From: a virus
DNA: 41,560 bases
Direction: 5' to 3' (one strand)
Virus record (IMG/VR): IMGVR_UViG_3300020112_000115
Location: 1 to 41,560 of that record
The notes beneath the pieces are model-generated. The model was not told the origin of the DNA. It did no database searches and saw only the letters and a program-made list of their open reading frames with translations. The position numbers and the translations under genes were made by a program. The first letter of the stretch is position 1. Every line of letters begins with the position of its first letter. Positions 9,604-18,438 of this stretch are shown one piece after another.

Positions 9604-10092
9604 ATGGAATATGAACGGGTGAAAATGTCAGGGCGTGAATATTACGCCCTGCGTGCTTTAATCGGCGTGGTAAGTACATTCAGCGCTTATGATGCCGATA
9701 TTGAAAAGCGTGTTCGTATGATTCCCAACGGCTGGCGTGATCTGAAGTTGATCGAAGCAAAAGCGGATAAGCTATTTGCCGAAATCATGAAAACAGTACC
9801 CCTTCAGAAGATTCAACAGATGAAGAAGGAACTGAATAATGTACGGGTGGAAGTCAATGTTATTCCTGATTATACAGGCAGGAAGAAAGATTGTTTTACC
9901 TATGTTCCGCAGGATGCCCTTGAATGGCTGGAAGAACAGGTTATTTCTATGGAATGTGCGTTTTGTGAAAAGACGTGTGAACAGTCTAAGAAATGCCCCA
10001 TTCGTAAGAACATTGAAGCCCTGTATCATTATGATTTTCCTGAAAAAGTCGGTTGCCCGTTGGCACAATTCAAGATTGAAGGTGATGATTGA
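9604..10092 (+). CDS. Hypothetical protein with C-terminal Cys cluster
   Basis: ATG at 9604 immediately follows the previous stop. Cys cluster 'CAFCEKTCEQSKKCP...GCP'. Confidence 0.55.
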   Translation: MEYERVKMSGREYYALRALIGVVSTFSAYDADIEKRVRMIPNGWRDLKLIEAKADKLFAEIMKTVPLQKIQQMKKELNNVRVEVNVIPDYTGRKKDCFTYVPQDALEWLEEQVISMECAFCEKTCEQSKKCPIRKNIEALYHYDFPEKVGCPLAQFKIEGDD

Positions 10093-10241
10093 TGAAAGAA
10101 TGGCTTTGTTTCGTTGCGCTGACAATAATGTTTTATGTGATTATTGGGGGTTCAGCGCCAACGTGGATACTTGCGGTTTATTGGGGTTTGGTTTCGGTAT
10201 ATTGGGCGCTGAACAGTAAGGGCGGTGATAAACATGAATAA
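10092..10241 (+). CDS. Small membrane protein (49 aa)
   Basis: ATG overlaps the upstream stop (gATGa). Hydrophobic MKEWLCFVALTIMFYVIIGG...WILAVYWGLVSVYW. Confidence 0.4.
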   Translation: MKEWLCFVALTIMFYVIIGGSAPTWILAVYWGLVSVYWALNSKGGDKHE

Positions 10242-10443
10242 GGAAACCACACTTGTTTGTTCACGTTGTGGAAAGCGTGAAAAAGTAAGCCTTGACCCTG
10301 ACAGTAAAAACAGCATTTTGAAGGTTGGTAAACGCTGGGGGTGTACTGGGGTTCTTTATTGCCCCGATTGCATTAAAGTAATGACGGTTGGAACTACCAA
10401 CTATGAAACGGTGTTATCTGTGATATTAAGATACATGAGGTGA
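10234..10443 (+). CDS. Zn-ribbon hypothetical protein
   Basis: 'CSRCGK' ... 'CPDC'. Confidence 0.5.
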   Translation: MNKETTLVCSRCGKREKVSLDPDSKNSILKVGKRWGCTGVLYCPDCIKVMTVGTTNYETVLSVILRYMR

Positions 10444-10448
10444 TAGGC

Positions 10449-11267
10449 ATGATTGATTGTAAGGCTTATGCTTCCGAAATCCTTAACGGTATCAAAGACA
10501 GGGTTTCCAAAGGGGAAACTTACGGAAATCTTGCGGTCATTTCGGTTGGTTACAATCCTGCTTCTGAATCGTATATGAAGGGTAAGAAGAAAGATTGTGA
10601 ATATGTCGGGTTCGGTTTCCACCACTTCAGCTTTACCGAACAGGTAACAACTGAATATCTGGTTCAGTTCGTGCGTGATCTGACTGTTCAGAATAAGTTC
10701 ATGTATGAGAACGGGAAACCGCTGACAGGTGTTATTCTTCAGCTTCCAGTTCCAAAGCATATTAACGCTGAAGAAGTGGTTCGGGCTATTCCCCGTTCGC
10801 TGGATGTGGACGGGTTCAAGCCTGAATCTGATTTCAACCCCTGTACCCCTGAAGCTGTTATGTACATCTTGCGGAAAGAATTAGGTGATTTCACGGGTAA
10901 GTCAGTTCTTTTGATTGGCAGGGGTCAGTTGGTCGGGAAACCCCTGCTTCAAATGCTGATTGATGCTGATATGACCGTAATTCAGGCACACAGTAAGTCA
11001 AAGCCTGAAGATATAAAGATGTTCGGGTTCTATTGTGATGCGGTTATATCGGCTATTGGTAAACCGTGGAAGTATGAAATTGACTTCTGTACCGATAAGG
11101 GCGTAATCATTGATTGCGGAATTAGTCGGGGTGCAGATGGCAAACTTCACGGGGATATTTACCCGAACTGTTGTGACCGTCAAACGCCTGTTCCTAACGG
11201 TGTTGGTCTTATGACCCGTGCAATGTTGGTTCAGCATTGTGAAAAGGTGGTGCTGGATAATGGCTAA
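10449..11267 (+). CDS. folD: Bifunctional methylene-THF dehydrogenase / methenyl-THF cyclohydrolase
   Basis: 'YMKGKKKDCEYVGF', 'GVILQLPVPKHI', 'DVDGF', 'PCTPEAVMYIL', 'GRGQLVGKPL' and 'PVPNGVGLMT' match conserved FolD blocks. ATG lies 6 nt after 'gaggtga'. Confidence 0.85.
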   Translation: MIDCKAYASEILNGIKDRVSKGETYGNLAVISVGYNPASESYMKGKKKDCEYVGFGFHHFSFTEQVTTEYLVQFVRDLTVQNKFMYENGKPLTGVILQLPVPKHINAEEVVRAIPRSLDVDGFKPESDFNPCTPEAVMYILRKELGDFTGKSVLLIGRGQLVGKPLLQMLIDADMTVIQAHSKSKPEDIKMFGFYCDAVISAIGKPWKYEIDFCTDKGVIIDCGISRGADGKLHGDIYPNCCDRQTPVPNGVGLMTRAMLVQHCEKVVLDNG

Positions 11268-11625
11268 TACGCTGGGCGTTGGTCGGGTGTACGTTGAAGA
11301 TGAAAAACAGCTTGAATACATTGACGGTATAGAACGCTTCTATGATCTGTTGGAACGCAAGATTGGCAGGGATGCGGTTGACTACCTGAAGGAATTTCTT
11401 GATGATTTCCAACAGAAAAAGATTGATGATGGTATTTGTGTTGGTGAATGTGATGCCCTGCATAAGCAACAGGAACACTATGAAACGGCTATCAAAGATG
11501 CGCTTGAAATCATTGATGAACGTTTCAACCGTCACCCGAAACGCAAAAAGAAAGCTAATTTTTCTACTTGGTCAGCAACGGATTTCTTCTATAAGATTGA
11601 AGAAATCCTGAATGGTGCGTTATGA
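11260..11625 (+). CDS. Hypothetical protein
   Basis: ATG at 11260 overlaps the folD stop. Coding-like composition. Confidence 0.5.
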   Translation: MANTLGVGRVYVEDEKQLEYIDGIERFYDLLERKIGRDAVDYLKEFLDDFQQKKIDDGICVGECDALHKQQEHYETAIKDALEIIDERFNRHPKRKKKANFSTWSATDFFYKIEEILNGAL

Positions 11626-11819
11626 GTTCTGGAAAAACCATTACATACATTGAACGGCTTGCTTATGATCGTTGGGTGTTGAATGGGCGGCTTGGCTATC
11701 GTGTGTACATTGGTTATACAAAGAATGAAGCCAAACAACTGTATCAAGCTGAATGGGAAGAAAGGGAACTAATGTATGGATGCCGAAGGAATGAAGCTGG
11801 TAAACGCTATTCAAGATAG
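11622..11819 (+). CDS. Hypothetical protein
   Basis: ATGA overlap with the upstream gene. Last ORF of the early arc. Confidence 0.5.
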   Translation: MSSGKTITYIERLAYDRWVLNGRLGYRVYIGYTKNEAKQLYQAEWEERELMYGCRRNEAGKRYSR

Positions 11820-11903
11820 GTGAATGGGCTATTGTAGTGTTGCTGGCGCTAAGTCTGATTGGCGTTGTAATACTTATTTTCATGCGTAACCGTTGAAACG
11901 ATG

Positions 11904-12272
11904 CCCCAAAATTACAGATGTACCCCCAAAATTACAGATGTATTACAGATGTCCGAATACATCTGTATAGCCCGAAAACCCTTGTAAATCAAGAGTTTTC
12001 GGGGTCAGAATTACAGATGTTACAGATGTAGACCCCCCTATATTATATATTTTTATTAGTTATAGTTTTTGAAATTTGGAAATTGAAAATCAAAAACTAT
12101 GATTTGAAAATATAAAGAAGATTGGGGTACATCTGTATATCTGTAATTATTTCCTTAAAATTGTGCAAGGTGTACAAAATAACAGCTGTTTGTGAGCTGA
12201 TTTATTTGTGCAAAATGCTTATACAGATATGTTCGGAACATCTGTAATACATCTGTATAATCTGTAATTTTG
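11904..12272. repeat. Module A: 12 TACAGAT/ATCTGTA motifs in dyad-symmetric order around an AT-rich core. Inverted paralogue of 36907..37212
   Basis: Forward motifs start at 11913, 11933, 11944, 12012, 12021 and 12222. Reverse motifs start at 11961, 12131, 12139, 12240, 12251 and 12260. Core palindrome is ATAGTTTTTGA (12062..12072) / TCAAAAACTAT (12090..12100). Hairpin at 11971..12003. Confidence 0.9.
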
Positions 12273-12299
12273 GCACTTTCAAAGAATATTTGAAATAAG

Positions 12300-12779
12300 G
12301 TGGTGAATGATTTGAAAATCAAGGATTATCTTAGACGGGCTTACCGCCTGAATGAAAAGATTGATTCTGACCTTAGAGAATTGGAACAGACCAACAGCAT
12401 ACTGTATAACATATCAGCTTCTTATGAAGGTGACAGGGTTCAAACGTCAATGACGGGTGATAAGATTCCTAACGCTATAGCTCGATTGATTGAACTGAAG
12501 GAACTGATTGATAAGGAAGTTGATGATTTTGTTGATCTGAAAGTGGAAATCAGGGAATTGATTGAACAGCTTACCAACCCTGATGAAAATTTGATTATGC
12601 GGATGCGCTATATTGAATTCCTTTCATGGAATGATATTCGGGGTAAGCTGGGCTTTGATGATACTGAAGAAGAACGTGAAAAGATGTTCAAGATTCATAG
12701 CAGGGCGTTGAAGAAGCTGGAAATCATTAAATTCGGTGATTCGTGCGGCAGTAAACGGCACTTGACGGGCATGATATAA
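12300..12779 (+). CDS. DUF1492 / ArpU-RinA-like sigma-region-4-type late transcription regulator
   Basis: 'DYLRRAYRLNEKIDSDLRELE' and C-terminal 'MRMRYIEFLSWNDI...IHSRALKKLE' are typical of DUF1492. The start (GTG 12300 or TTG 12312) is ambiguous. Confidence 0.75.
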   Translation: MVNDLKIKDYLRRAYRLNEKIDSDLRELEQTNSILYNISASYEGDRVQTSMTGDKIPNAIARLIELKELIDKEVDDFVDLKVEIRELIEQLTNPDENLIMRMRYIEFLSWNDIRGKLGFDDTEEEREKMFKIHSRALKKLEIIKFGDSCGSKRHLTGMI

Positions 12780-12790
12780 TTATAATATGG

Positions 12791-12836
12791 GAAACCAAAG
12801 GAAGAATTGATTTCTTCCTTTGGTTTTCTTTTTGTT
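12791..12836 (+). terminator. Strong hairpin plus T-tract between the late regulator and terS
   Basis: gaaaccaaaggaagaa / ttcttcctttggtttt (about 16 bp stem, 4-nt loop) followed by tctttttgttt. Confidence 0.75.
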
Positions 12837-12863
12837 TGCGAAATACAGAAAGGGGGTGAAATC

Positions 12864-13286
12864 GTGACTAAGAAGCAAATGCGGTTCATTGACGAATATT
12901 TGATTGATCTGAATGGAGCGCAAGCGGCTATTCGTGCTGGATATAGCGCAAAGAGCGCAAAGCAGATAGCAGATGAATTATTGACCAAACCTGACCTTCA
13001 GGCAGAGATTCAAGCCCGAATTGATGCGGCACATTCGGAAAAAATCGCTGAAGCGGCTGAAGTCATGCAATACCTAACTTCTGTAATGCGTGGCGAAATG
13101 ACCGATGAAACTTTAAGGTTCGTTGGTGACGGGTATCAAGAGAAAACGAACATTGAAGTTTCAACGAAAGACCGACTGAAAGCGGCTGAACTTCTGGGGA
13201 AACGGTACAGCCTGTTTACCGATAAGGTAAATGTTGACGGTACTGTTCCAGTTGTTATTTCTGGTTCGGGTGATCTGGTTGACTAA
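12864..13286 (+). CDS. terS: Terminase small subunit (Terminase_2 type)
   Basis: 'KQMRFIDEYLIDLNGAQAAIRAGYSAKSA' is the characteristic N-terminus. GTG at 12864 follows 'agggggtg'. Confidence 0.8.
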   Translation: MTKKQMRFIDEYLIDLNGAQAAIRAGYSAKSAKQIADELLTKPDLQAEIQARIDAAHSEKIAEAAEVMQYLTSVMRGEMTDETLRFVGDGYQEKTNIEVSTKDRLKAAELLGKRYSLFTDKVNVDGTVPVVISGSGDLVD

Positions 13287-14514
13287 ACAGAATAAGATTT
13301 ACCTACCTGATATTGTCGGTAAGGGTTACGGTACATTCTGGAACTTCAAAGGGCGTTACAGGGTGTGCAAAGGTTCACGCGCAAGCAAAAAAAGTAAAAC
13401 AACCGCCTTAAACTTGATTTACAGAATGATGGAATACCCGAACGCTAATCTTCTGGTTATACGTAAGGTGTACAGAACAATCAAAGATTCCTGTTTCACA
13501 GAATTAAGGTGGGCTATAAATCGTTTTGGGGTAAGCGCTAATTGGGAAATCAAGGAAAGCCCCCTTGAAATGACCTATAAACCAACGGGTCAGAAGATAT
13601 ACTTTCGGGGTCTTGATGATCCGATGAAGATAACTTCAATCACGGTTGGGGTTGGCGCTTTATGTTGGCTATGGATTGAAGAAGCCTATGAAATCATGAA
13701 TGAAAGTGATTTTGATATGCTTGATGAATCAATCCGTGGTGAATGTCCAAAGGATTTATTCAAACAGGTTACATTGATCTTCAACCCGTGGAATGAACGT
13801 CATTGGATGAAGCGGCGCTTTTTCGATGCTGTTGACCCATGCAACATATTAGCAATCACAACCAACTATCAATGTAATGAATGGTTGGATGATGCAGATA
13901 AGGAATTATTCACCCGTATGCAGGTGAATAACCCTCGGCGTTTTCAAGTTGCTGGCTTAGGTAATTGGGGGGTCGTGGACGGGCTTGTTTTTGAAAACTG
14001 GTCAGAACGTGAATTCAAGCTGGAAGAAGTAAGTCATTGTGATACGGCGGCTGGGTTAGACTTTGGTTATACAAATGACCCAACCGCCTTTTTCATAGGG
14101 TTCATTGATACAGTTGGAATGAAGCTGTATGTGTGGGATGAACTGTATGAAAAGGGGTTGTCAAATGCAAAGATACATGAACGGATAGTTTCAATGCACT
14201 ATCAGAAAGAAAAGATTACCGCTGATAGTGCTGAACCAAAGAGCATTGACGAATTAGCTTCATTGGGGCTTAGAATCAAGGGCGCTAAGAAGGGAAAAGA
14301 TTCTGTTGCCAATGGTATTCAGTATCTTCAGAACTTTGAAATCATAGTTCACCCCCGTTGTGTGAACTTCCTTACCGAAATAAGCAACTACACGTTCAAG
14401 GTTGATAAATTCGGTAAGATGCTGAATGAACCCGTTGATGATTTCAACCACCTTATGGATGCTATGCGCTATGCTGTTGAAAAGTATGTTGGAACTAAAC
14501 CGTGGATGTATTGA
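13231..14514 (+). CDS. terL: Terminase large subunit (PBSX/XtmB type)
   Basis: 'RYRVCKGSRASKKSKT' is Walker A-like and 'WLWIEEA' is Walker B. A C-terminal nuclease domain is present. The start (13231, 13270 or 13279) is ambiguous. Confidence 0.85.
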   Translation: MLTVLFQLLFLVRVIWLTKQNKIYLPDIVGKGYGTFWNFKGRYRVCKGSRASKKSKTTALNLIYRMMEYPNANLLVIRKVYRTIKDSCFTELRWAINRFGVSANWEIKESPLEMTYKPTGQKIYFRGLDDPMKITSITVGVGALCWLWIEEAYEIMNESDFDMLDESIRGECPKDLFKQVTLIFNPWNERHWMKRRFFDAVDPCNILAITTNYQCNEWLDDADKELFTRMQVNNPRRFQVAGLGNWGVVDGLVFENWSEREFKLEEVSHCDTAAGLDFGYTNDPTAFFIGFIDTVGMKLYVWDELYEKGLSNAKIHERIVSMHYQKEKITADSAEPKSIDELASLGLRIKGAKKGKDSVANGIQYLQNFEIIVHPRCVNFLTEISNYTFKVDKFGKMLNEPVDDFNHLMDAMRYAVEKYVGTKPWMY

Positions 14515-14531
14515 CAGAAGGGGGTGTTCTA

Positions 14532-15197
14532 TTGAATGGCTGGGTAATCGAAAAAGAAGTTGATCTGAACAAACCCTTCTGGGTGGGATTGAAACAGCTT
14601 CTTGCTATGCCTAATATGACCAAAGGTGACCAAAAAGCCCACACATGGACGGTCAAAGTATTTCGGGATAATCAACCGTGTTCCCTTACGGGATATACAG
14701 CGGTTGGTTATTTTGTTCGTGCAGATGGTACGGACTGTAACCCCGTACAGGGTACAATCACGGATAACGTTGTAAGCGTTGTGTTCCCTGCTTCCCTGTA
14801 TAACAAAATAGGAACTATCAGGGGTATTCTGAAGATAACCAATACCACTACTGAAGAAATCATAACGCTTGATGTGTTCACGGCTAAGGTTTCCGAAAGT
14901 GCTACTGGGATAATTCCTGCCCCTGATGAACCTATGGATGTTGCGGCTGAAATCCTTGCGCTGAAGGATGCAAATAGGAAACTGCGTTATGCGCTTGCGG
15001 TTACGATGTGTGCGGCTTTCGGTGTGGTTGGTGTTGATCGGCATGAAGTAATGTCACTTCTGGATATTGAAGATGATAACTTGCTTCTGGGTCAGAATGA
15101 CGATGTATTAACGCTTACCCATGATGGTACGGCAACTGAAGCGGTTCTGAAGTTCCTTGGTTTGATTGATGTGATTGCTTCCACATTCCAGCCTTAA
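14532..15197 (+). CDS. Hypothetical protein with BppU_N-like Ig domain
   Basis: TTG at 14532 follows 'gaagggggtg'. The central segment resembles the Ig-like N-domain of baseplate upper proteins. Confidence 0.45.
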   Translation: MNGWVIEKEVDLNKPFWVGLKQLLAMPNMTKGDQKAHTWTVKVFRDNQPCSLTGYTAVGYFVRADGTDCNPVQGTITDNVVSVVFPASLYNKIGTIRGILKITNTTTEEIITLDVFTAKVSESATGIIPAPDEPMDVAAEILALKDANRKLRYALAVTMCAAFGVVGVDRHEVMSLLDIEDDNLLLGQNDDVLTLTHDGTATEAVLKFLGLIDVIASTFQP

Positions 15198-15211
15198 AGG
15201 TGGTGATTTGA

Positions 15212-16651
15212 TTGCTTACAGTACAAGAAATTAAAGCCTTTATGGATTCAGATAGAACATCTGAAAAAAAGATGTGCGCTGAACGGGGTCAACAGTATTA
15301 TGAAGGGCGGCATGAAATAGAGAATTACCGCCTGTTCTACTTTGATTCTGACGGAATTGTTCAGGAAGATAAATACAGGTCGAACATCAAGATTTCCCAC
15401 CCGTTCTTCACGGAAATAGTTGACCAACAGGTTCAGTATATGCTTTCTGGGGCAATGGAAGATAACCCTATTAAGTCTGATCTTCCCGAACTTCAGGAAC
15501 AGCTTGATCTTTATTTCAATGATGAATTTTGGTCGGAAATGCAGGATGTTCTTACTGGTACGATTGCAAAGGGCTTTGATTATCTGTATGCCTATTATTC
15601 TTCTGAAGAAAGGCTGAAGTTCCAATATGCTGATTCTATGGGCGTTGTGGAAGTTCGTGCAAAAGATACAGATGATAAATGTGCCTATGTGATCTACTGG
15701 TATATTGATCGCATTGAAAAAGGTCATAAAGTTATCAAGCGTATTCAGGTGTGGGATGCTATTCAGGTCACTTATTATGTGGAAATAGATAATAAGATTG
15801 TTCTGGATGAAAGCGAAAAGACCAATCCGAAACCCCATATTATCAGACAGGATGAAAAGGGGCGTTGGGGTTCGCCTTTCGGCTTTATCCCATTCTTCAG
15901 GCTGGATAACAACCGCAAACAGTTTAGTGGACTGAAGCCCATTAAGGAACTGATTGATGATTATGACCTTATGTGTTGCGGTCTATCCAATAATATCACG
16001 GATGCGGCTGAATCGTTGTTCGTGGTTAAGGGCTTTCAGGGTGATAATCTTGATGAATTGATGCAGAACATCAAAGTCAAGAAACACATTGGGGTTGATA
16101 ACGGTGGTGGCATTGAAACCCACACAGTTGATATTCCGTATGAAGCCCGAATGAAGAAAGCCGAACTTGACGAAAAGAACATTTACCGCTTTGGTATGGC
16201 TTTCAATTCGTCAATGGTCGGGGATGGAAACATAACCAACGTAGTAATCAAGTCACGTTATGCCCTGCTTGATCTGAAAGCTAATAAGCTGGAAATCAAG
16301 CTGAAAGCATTTCTGAAGCAGATTATTGAAGTGGTTCTGGATGAAGTGAACCGTGTAAACGGTACTGATTACAGGCTGAAGGATGTTTGGTTTGACTTCA
16401 AGCGTGAAATTATGACCAATGCGGCAGACAACGCACAAATCGAACTGACGGATGCACAAACTGAACAGGTCAAAATCAATACCCTTCTTGGGCTTGCTGG
16501 TAGGCTGGATGATGAAACTATTATTCAGTCTATTTGTGAAGTGCTGGATATTGACTATGAAGAAATCAAGTCAAAGTTGCCTGTTCAGGATGAAGAAGAA
16601 ACCACAAAGGATGATCTGAACGCCTTAAATCAGGTGATGGTTGATGAATAA
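15212..16651 (+). CDS. Portal protein (SPP1 gp6 family)
   Basis: TTG start follows 'aaaggtggtga'. The N-terminus 'QEIKAFMDSDRTSEKKMCAERGQQYYEGRHEI' and overall pattern are typical of SPP1-type portals. Confidence 0.85.
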   Translation: MLTVQEIKAFMDSDRTSEKKMCAERGQQYYEGRHEIENYRLFYFDSDGIVQEDKYRSNIKISHPFFTEIVDQQVQYMLSGAMEDNPIKSDLPELQEQLDLYFNDEFWSEMQDVLTGTIAKGFDYLYAYYSSEERLKFQYADSMGVVEVRAKDTDDKCAYVIYWYIDRIEKGHKVIKRIQVWDAIQVTYYVEIDNKIVLDESEKTNPKPHIIRQDEKGRWGSPFGFIPFFRLDNNRKQFSGLKPIKELIDDYDLMCCGLSNNITDAAESLFVVKGFQGDNLDELMQNIKVKKHIGVDNGGGIETHTVDIPYEARMKKAELDEKNIYRFGMAFNSSMVGDGNITNVVIKSRYALLDLKANKLEIKLKAFLKQIIEVVLDEVNRVNGTDYRLKDVWFDFKREIMTNAADNAQIELTDAQTEQVKINTLLGLAGRLDDETIIQSICEVLDIDYEEIKSKLPVQDEEETTKDDLNALNQVMVDE

Positions 16652-18434
16652 GCGGCAAAAAGAAGTAATGGGTGTTCAGCTATCGGATGAACAGCGGACT
16701 ATTAAAGAACTGAAACAGGTTTACCGAAAAGCCCAAAGGGATGTTGAAGCGAACATTTCAGCCCTGTTAGCCCGAACTGATACCGAAAACCTTGCTTCTA
16801 TCGTTTATCAGGTCAATTATCAGAAAGCTATTCTGAAGCAGATTGAAGGAACGCTGGACGTTTTGAACACGGAACAGTTTAATTCAATTTCTGACTTTCT
16901 GGGTAAGTCTTACGCTAACGGGTATTTAGGTGTTATGTATGACCTTCAGGGTCAAGGTATTCCGATTATAGCGCCTATTGATAATGAAATGGTTGTGAAA
17001 GCCCTTCAGACTGATTCAAAGATTTCCAATGGACTGTATGCCCGTTTGGGAATTGATACAAAGGAACTGAAGGATTCAATCAGGGCTAATCTTTCACGGG
17101 GCGTTTCTTCAGGCGCTTCATGGGATGAAATAGCCCGAAATATCAATGCCCGTATGAATATAGGCTTGAACAGGTCAATCAGAATAGCCCGTACTGAAGG
17201 GCATAGGGTTCAATGTGAATCTGGTTATCAAGCCCAACAGGTGGCAAAGTCTAAGGGTGCTGACATAGTAAAACAATGGTGTGCAACGCTGGACGGGCGT
17301 ACAAGACCTAATCACAGGTTACTTGATGGCGTTATTAAGCCCATTGATGAACCATTTGAAATAGATGGTAATGAAGCTATGTACCCTGCTGATTTTGGCG
17401 TTGCCCGTGAAGATGTGAATTGCAGATGTACCCTGTTGCAACGGGCTAAGTGGGCGTTGGATGCCGATGAACTGAAAACCCTTGAAGATAGGGCGGCTTA
17501 TTTTGGACTTGACAAAACGGCAGATTTCAGCGAATATAAAAGGGTGTATATGGGTATTGACCCTTCAGCACTTGCCACAAGCGCAACCACAAGCGGTTCA
17601 AACCGTGATTATTCATGTGATCTGGCAACAAAGACAGGTAAAGATTTTTACGATGCCTTACATGATAAGCTGGATGAATGTGAAAATCAAGATTTGGTCA
17701 AGGCGTGGAATGTGTTTGAAAAGGATATTCGGGTAAGGTCAATAACCGAAAGTTCGGCATATTGTGAAGGTAGTTCTGGCAATATCCACATTCACACGAA
17801 GAAAGACGCAACTGGTTCAAGCTGGGAAGCCCCCTATGCTGTTACATTCCATGAATCAGGTCATGGAATTGATAATTTGGCACAGTCAAAGGCTGGAAAC
17901 GGATTCAGGGGATTTTCAATAAATTATAAAAATGGATTGTTCCCCCAAACGATTGAATCAGAAGTTAAGGATTTGATTGATGCTTATGATAAAGCAATCA
18001 AAACCGACTGGAAAGCACATTCAGGGGATTGGAAATATCTTCATGATAAAGGGTATATAAGTGATTGGTCTTTTGATTTCTTCAAAGATTACGGTAAATG
18101 GGTCGGTGGAGAACCAAAGTATTCTAAATCACTTGCTTATTCCTTCCTTGAACGTGAAATAAAAGGAATATCTTCTTTCGGCAGAAGTGATATTTCTGAT
18201 ATGCTGGAAGGTGCTACCCGTGGTAAAATTTCTTGTGGGTTCGGTCATGGAAAAACCTACTGGACAAAAAGAATGATTGGTGGAAGAAACGGCGGTTTGG
18301 CAATGGAAGCGTTTGCAAAAATGACAAGTGCAACAGTAACCAACCCTGAAAGTCTTTCCACTATCAAGAAATATCTTCCGAAATCATATGGTGTTTGGGA
18401 AGATATGATTAAAGAAATTTCTAAGATGGGGTGA
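16644..18434 (+). CDS. MuF / SPP1 gp7-like minor head protein with C-terminal HExxH domain of about 280 aa
   Basis: MuF blocks 'RTEGHR', 'WCATLDGRTRPNHRLLDG' and 'NCRCTLL'. A Ser/Thr linker follows, then a domain with 'FHESGHGIDN' (17850..17864). Confidence 0.8.
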   Translation: MNKRQKEVMGVQLSDEQRTIKELKQVYRKAQRDVEANISALLARTDTENLASIVYQVNYQKAILKQIEGTLDVLNTEQFNSISDFLGKSYANGYLGVMYDLQGQGIPIIAPIDNEMVVKALQTDSKISNGLYARLGIDTKELKDSIRANLSRGVSSGASWDEIARNINARMNIGLNRSIRIARTEGHRVQCESGYQAQQVAKSKGADIVKQWCATLDGRTRPNHRLLDGVIKPIDEPFEIDGNEAMYPADFGVAREDVNCRCTLLQRAKWALDADELKTLEDRAAYFGLDKTADFSEYKRVYMGIDPSALATSATTSGSNRDYSCDLATKTGKDFYDALHDKLDECENQDLVKAWNVFEKDIRVRSITESSAYCEGSSGNIHIHTKKDATGSSWEAPYAVTFHESGHGIDNLAQSKAGNGFRGFSINYKNGLFPQTIESEVKDLIDAYDKAIKTDWKAHSGDWKYLHDKGYISDWSFDFFKDYGKWVGGEPKYSKSLAYSFLEREIKGISSFGRSDISDMLEGATRGKISCGFGHGKTYWTKRMIGGRNGGLAMEAFAKMTSATVTNPESLSTIKKYLPKSYGVWEDMIKEISKMG

Positions 18435-18438
18435 TAGC

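Noticed and set aside
11820-11897. Short hydrophobic reading frame (…WAIVVLLALSLIGVVILIFMRNR) after the last early gene
   Set aside because: The only in-frame start is an internal GTG, which gives about 19 aa, and there is no RBS. It is too short and unsupported to call.
11904-12272. TACAGATGT arrays considered as a CRISPR array
   Set aside because: The repeats are only 7-10 bp, occur in both orientations, are irregularly spaced (0-70 bp), and have no spacer-like unique segments of constant length.
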